From positions 1 to 27,489 of IMG/VR virus record IMGVR_UViG_3300026972_000007: a DNA stretch of 27,489 bases; one strand, given 5' to 3'. Under the pieces are notes generated by a model. That model was not told the origin of the DNA, made no database searches, and was given only the letters and a program-made list of their open reading frames with translations. A program made the position numbers and the translations under genes. This DNA comes from a virus (Duplodnaviria; Caudoviricetes). Below, one piece after another: positions 26,504 to 27,489 of this stretch (the stretch's first letter is position 1; every line of letters begins with the position of its first letter).

Positions 26504-27042
26504 TGGACTTTGATTGGAAATCGATTGTCAAAACCGTTGCGCCAGTTCTGGGCACGGCCATCGGTGGTCCGCTTGGTGGCCTTGCAACGCGCACCATCGC
26601 AGGTGCGCTTCTGGGTGATGAAGATGCCAGCGAAGATCAGATCGCCGCGGCTGTGCAATCGGCATCGCCTGATCAATTGCTTGCCTTGAAAAAAGCGGAT
26701 CAGGAATTCAAGCTCCGAATGAAAGAGCTTGATATTGATATCGAGCGTATTCACCAGCAAGACCGCGATAGTGCCCGCACCCGCGAAACCAAAACAGGGG
26801 ATAGCTGGACGCCGCGCATTCTTGCTTTCATCGTGATCTTTGGCTTTCTGTCGATGGTGGCCTATGTCATCGCGAAGGGGTTGGGGGTTCAGAATGCAGA
26901 CAGCGCCGCGCTGGTCGGGACTCTGATCGGTTATGTTTCTGCCAAGGCGGAACAGGTGATCTCGTACTATTTCGGCAGCAGTGCCGGCAGCAAAAGCAAA
27001 GATGCGGCTGTTCATAAGGCGCTTTCACAACAGAAGCCCTAA
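26503..27042 (+). CDS. Holin-like membrane protein (GTA 3TM-holin-like)
   Basis: VAPVLGTAIGGPLG, DRDSAR, two TM segments, VISYYFGSSAGS. Confidence 0.75.
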   Translation: MDFDWKSIVKTVAPVLGTAIGGPLGGLATRTIAGALLGDEDASEDQIAAAVQSASPDQLLALKKADQEFKLRMKELDIDIERIHQQDRDSARTRETKTGDSWTPRILAFIVIFGFLSMVAYVIAKGLGVQNADSAALVGTLIGYVSAKAEQVISYYFGSSAGSKSKDAAVHKALSQQKP

Positions 27043-27371
27043 CCAGCCACCCGGCACCCATCCTTGCAGGCTCCGGCCTTGTCGCAAGGGTGGGGCTGGT
27101 CGGTGTGAATGGCGCAGTAAAGCGGTTTGGCCGGGGTCGCCTTTGTTCCCGGTTCCATGATCGGGAATGCACCAAGCGATCCGCACCTGGCGCACCGCAG
27201 CTTGCGGAGGATATCCCCCAGCCCGATATGCGGCCCGTGCCGATCGATCAACGGGCGATATGCAAGCCGCCCGTCATGATCGCAAAGATGGTTGGCGCAA
27301 TAGATCCGGCAATGATCATTCATTCTGGCCGCATCCAGCAGACTGATATAGCCATCCCAATCGTGACCCAT
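27039..27371 (-). CDS. Small Cys/His-rich Zn-binding protein, probably SOS-regulated
   Basis: YCANHLCDH...LRCARCG plus a second Cys/His cluster; LexA box upstream. Confidence 0.72.
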   Translation of the reverse strand: MGHDWDGYISLLDAARMNDHCRIYCANHLCDHDGRLAYRPLIDRHGPHIGLGDILRKLRCARCGSLGAFPIMEPGTKATPAKPLYCAIHTDQPHPCDKAGACKDGCRVAG

Positions 27372-27389
27372 ATATTTTTTACCTAAATT

Positions 27390-27404
27390 GTTCCCGTTAT
27401 GTTC
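27390..27404 (-). promoter_or_regulatory. Alphaproteobacterial LexA (SOS) box
   Basis: GTTC-CCGTTAT-GTTC (GAAC-N7-GAAC on - strand), 18 bp upstream of the ATG at 27371. Confidence 0.75.
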
Positions 27405-27442
27405 TTTTCATAGTTCGGTTCGAATGTCAATTCCATAGAAAA

Positions 27443-27477
27443 TGGGTCACATTTTGGGTCACATTTTGGGTCACATT
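27443..27477 (+). repeat. Three tandem 12-bp repeats TGGGTCACATTT, candidate integrase arm-type sites near att
   Basis: Copies at 27443, 27455, 27467 (last one 11/12); inverted core GTGACCCA at 27363-27370. Confidence 0.65.
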
Positions 27478-27489
27478 GGAAAATCGGTA

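Larger units (their letters stand above)
1..27480 (+). mobile_element. HK97-like siphovirus prophage (right part; integrase/immunity region lies outside the window)
   Basis: Colinear replication, packaging, head, tail and lysis genes with tightly coupled starts/stops; arm-type-like direct repeats at the right end. Confidence 0.95.

Noticed and set aside
27425-27430. TTGACA on the - strand as the -35 of the Zn-finger gene promoter
   Set aside because: No acceptable -10 hexamer at 16-18 bp spacing

Overview
Almost the whole window is the right-hand ~27.5 kb of an HK97-like siphovirus prophage, probably from an alphaproteobacterium (inferred from the GTTC-N7-GTTC LexA boxes and the protein families). 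Order on the + strand: replication module (AAA+ helicase and a two-fold symmetric GTTAC/GTAAC iteron origin), putative late regulator with promoter/terminator, HNH, cos-like site, terS, terL, portal, protease, capsid, head-tail genes, tail tube, G/GT chaperones with a GGGAAAG frameshift site, tape measure, tail tip and fibre, lysis genes, a LexA-boxed Zn-finger gene and integrase arm-type repeats near the probable att end. An accessory cassette (12652-15055: WYL-TerB gene and XRE regulator on the - strand, small helical gene and Bro-N gene on the + strand) interrupts the head-tail genes. Most notable: two distant gene pairs each consist of a paralogous ~100-aa protein followed by a gene carrying a detached copy of one non-catalytic domain of the phage's own helicase (N-terminal domain at 426-893; C-terminal domain fused to Bro-N at 14117-15004). 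All family calls come from motif recognition and manual alignment; no database search was run.
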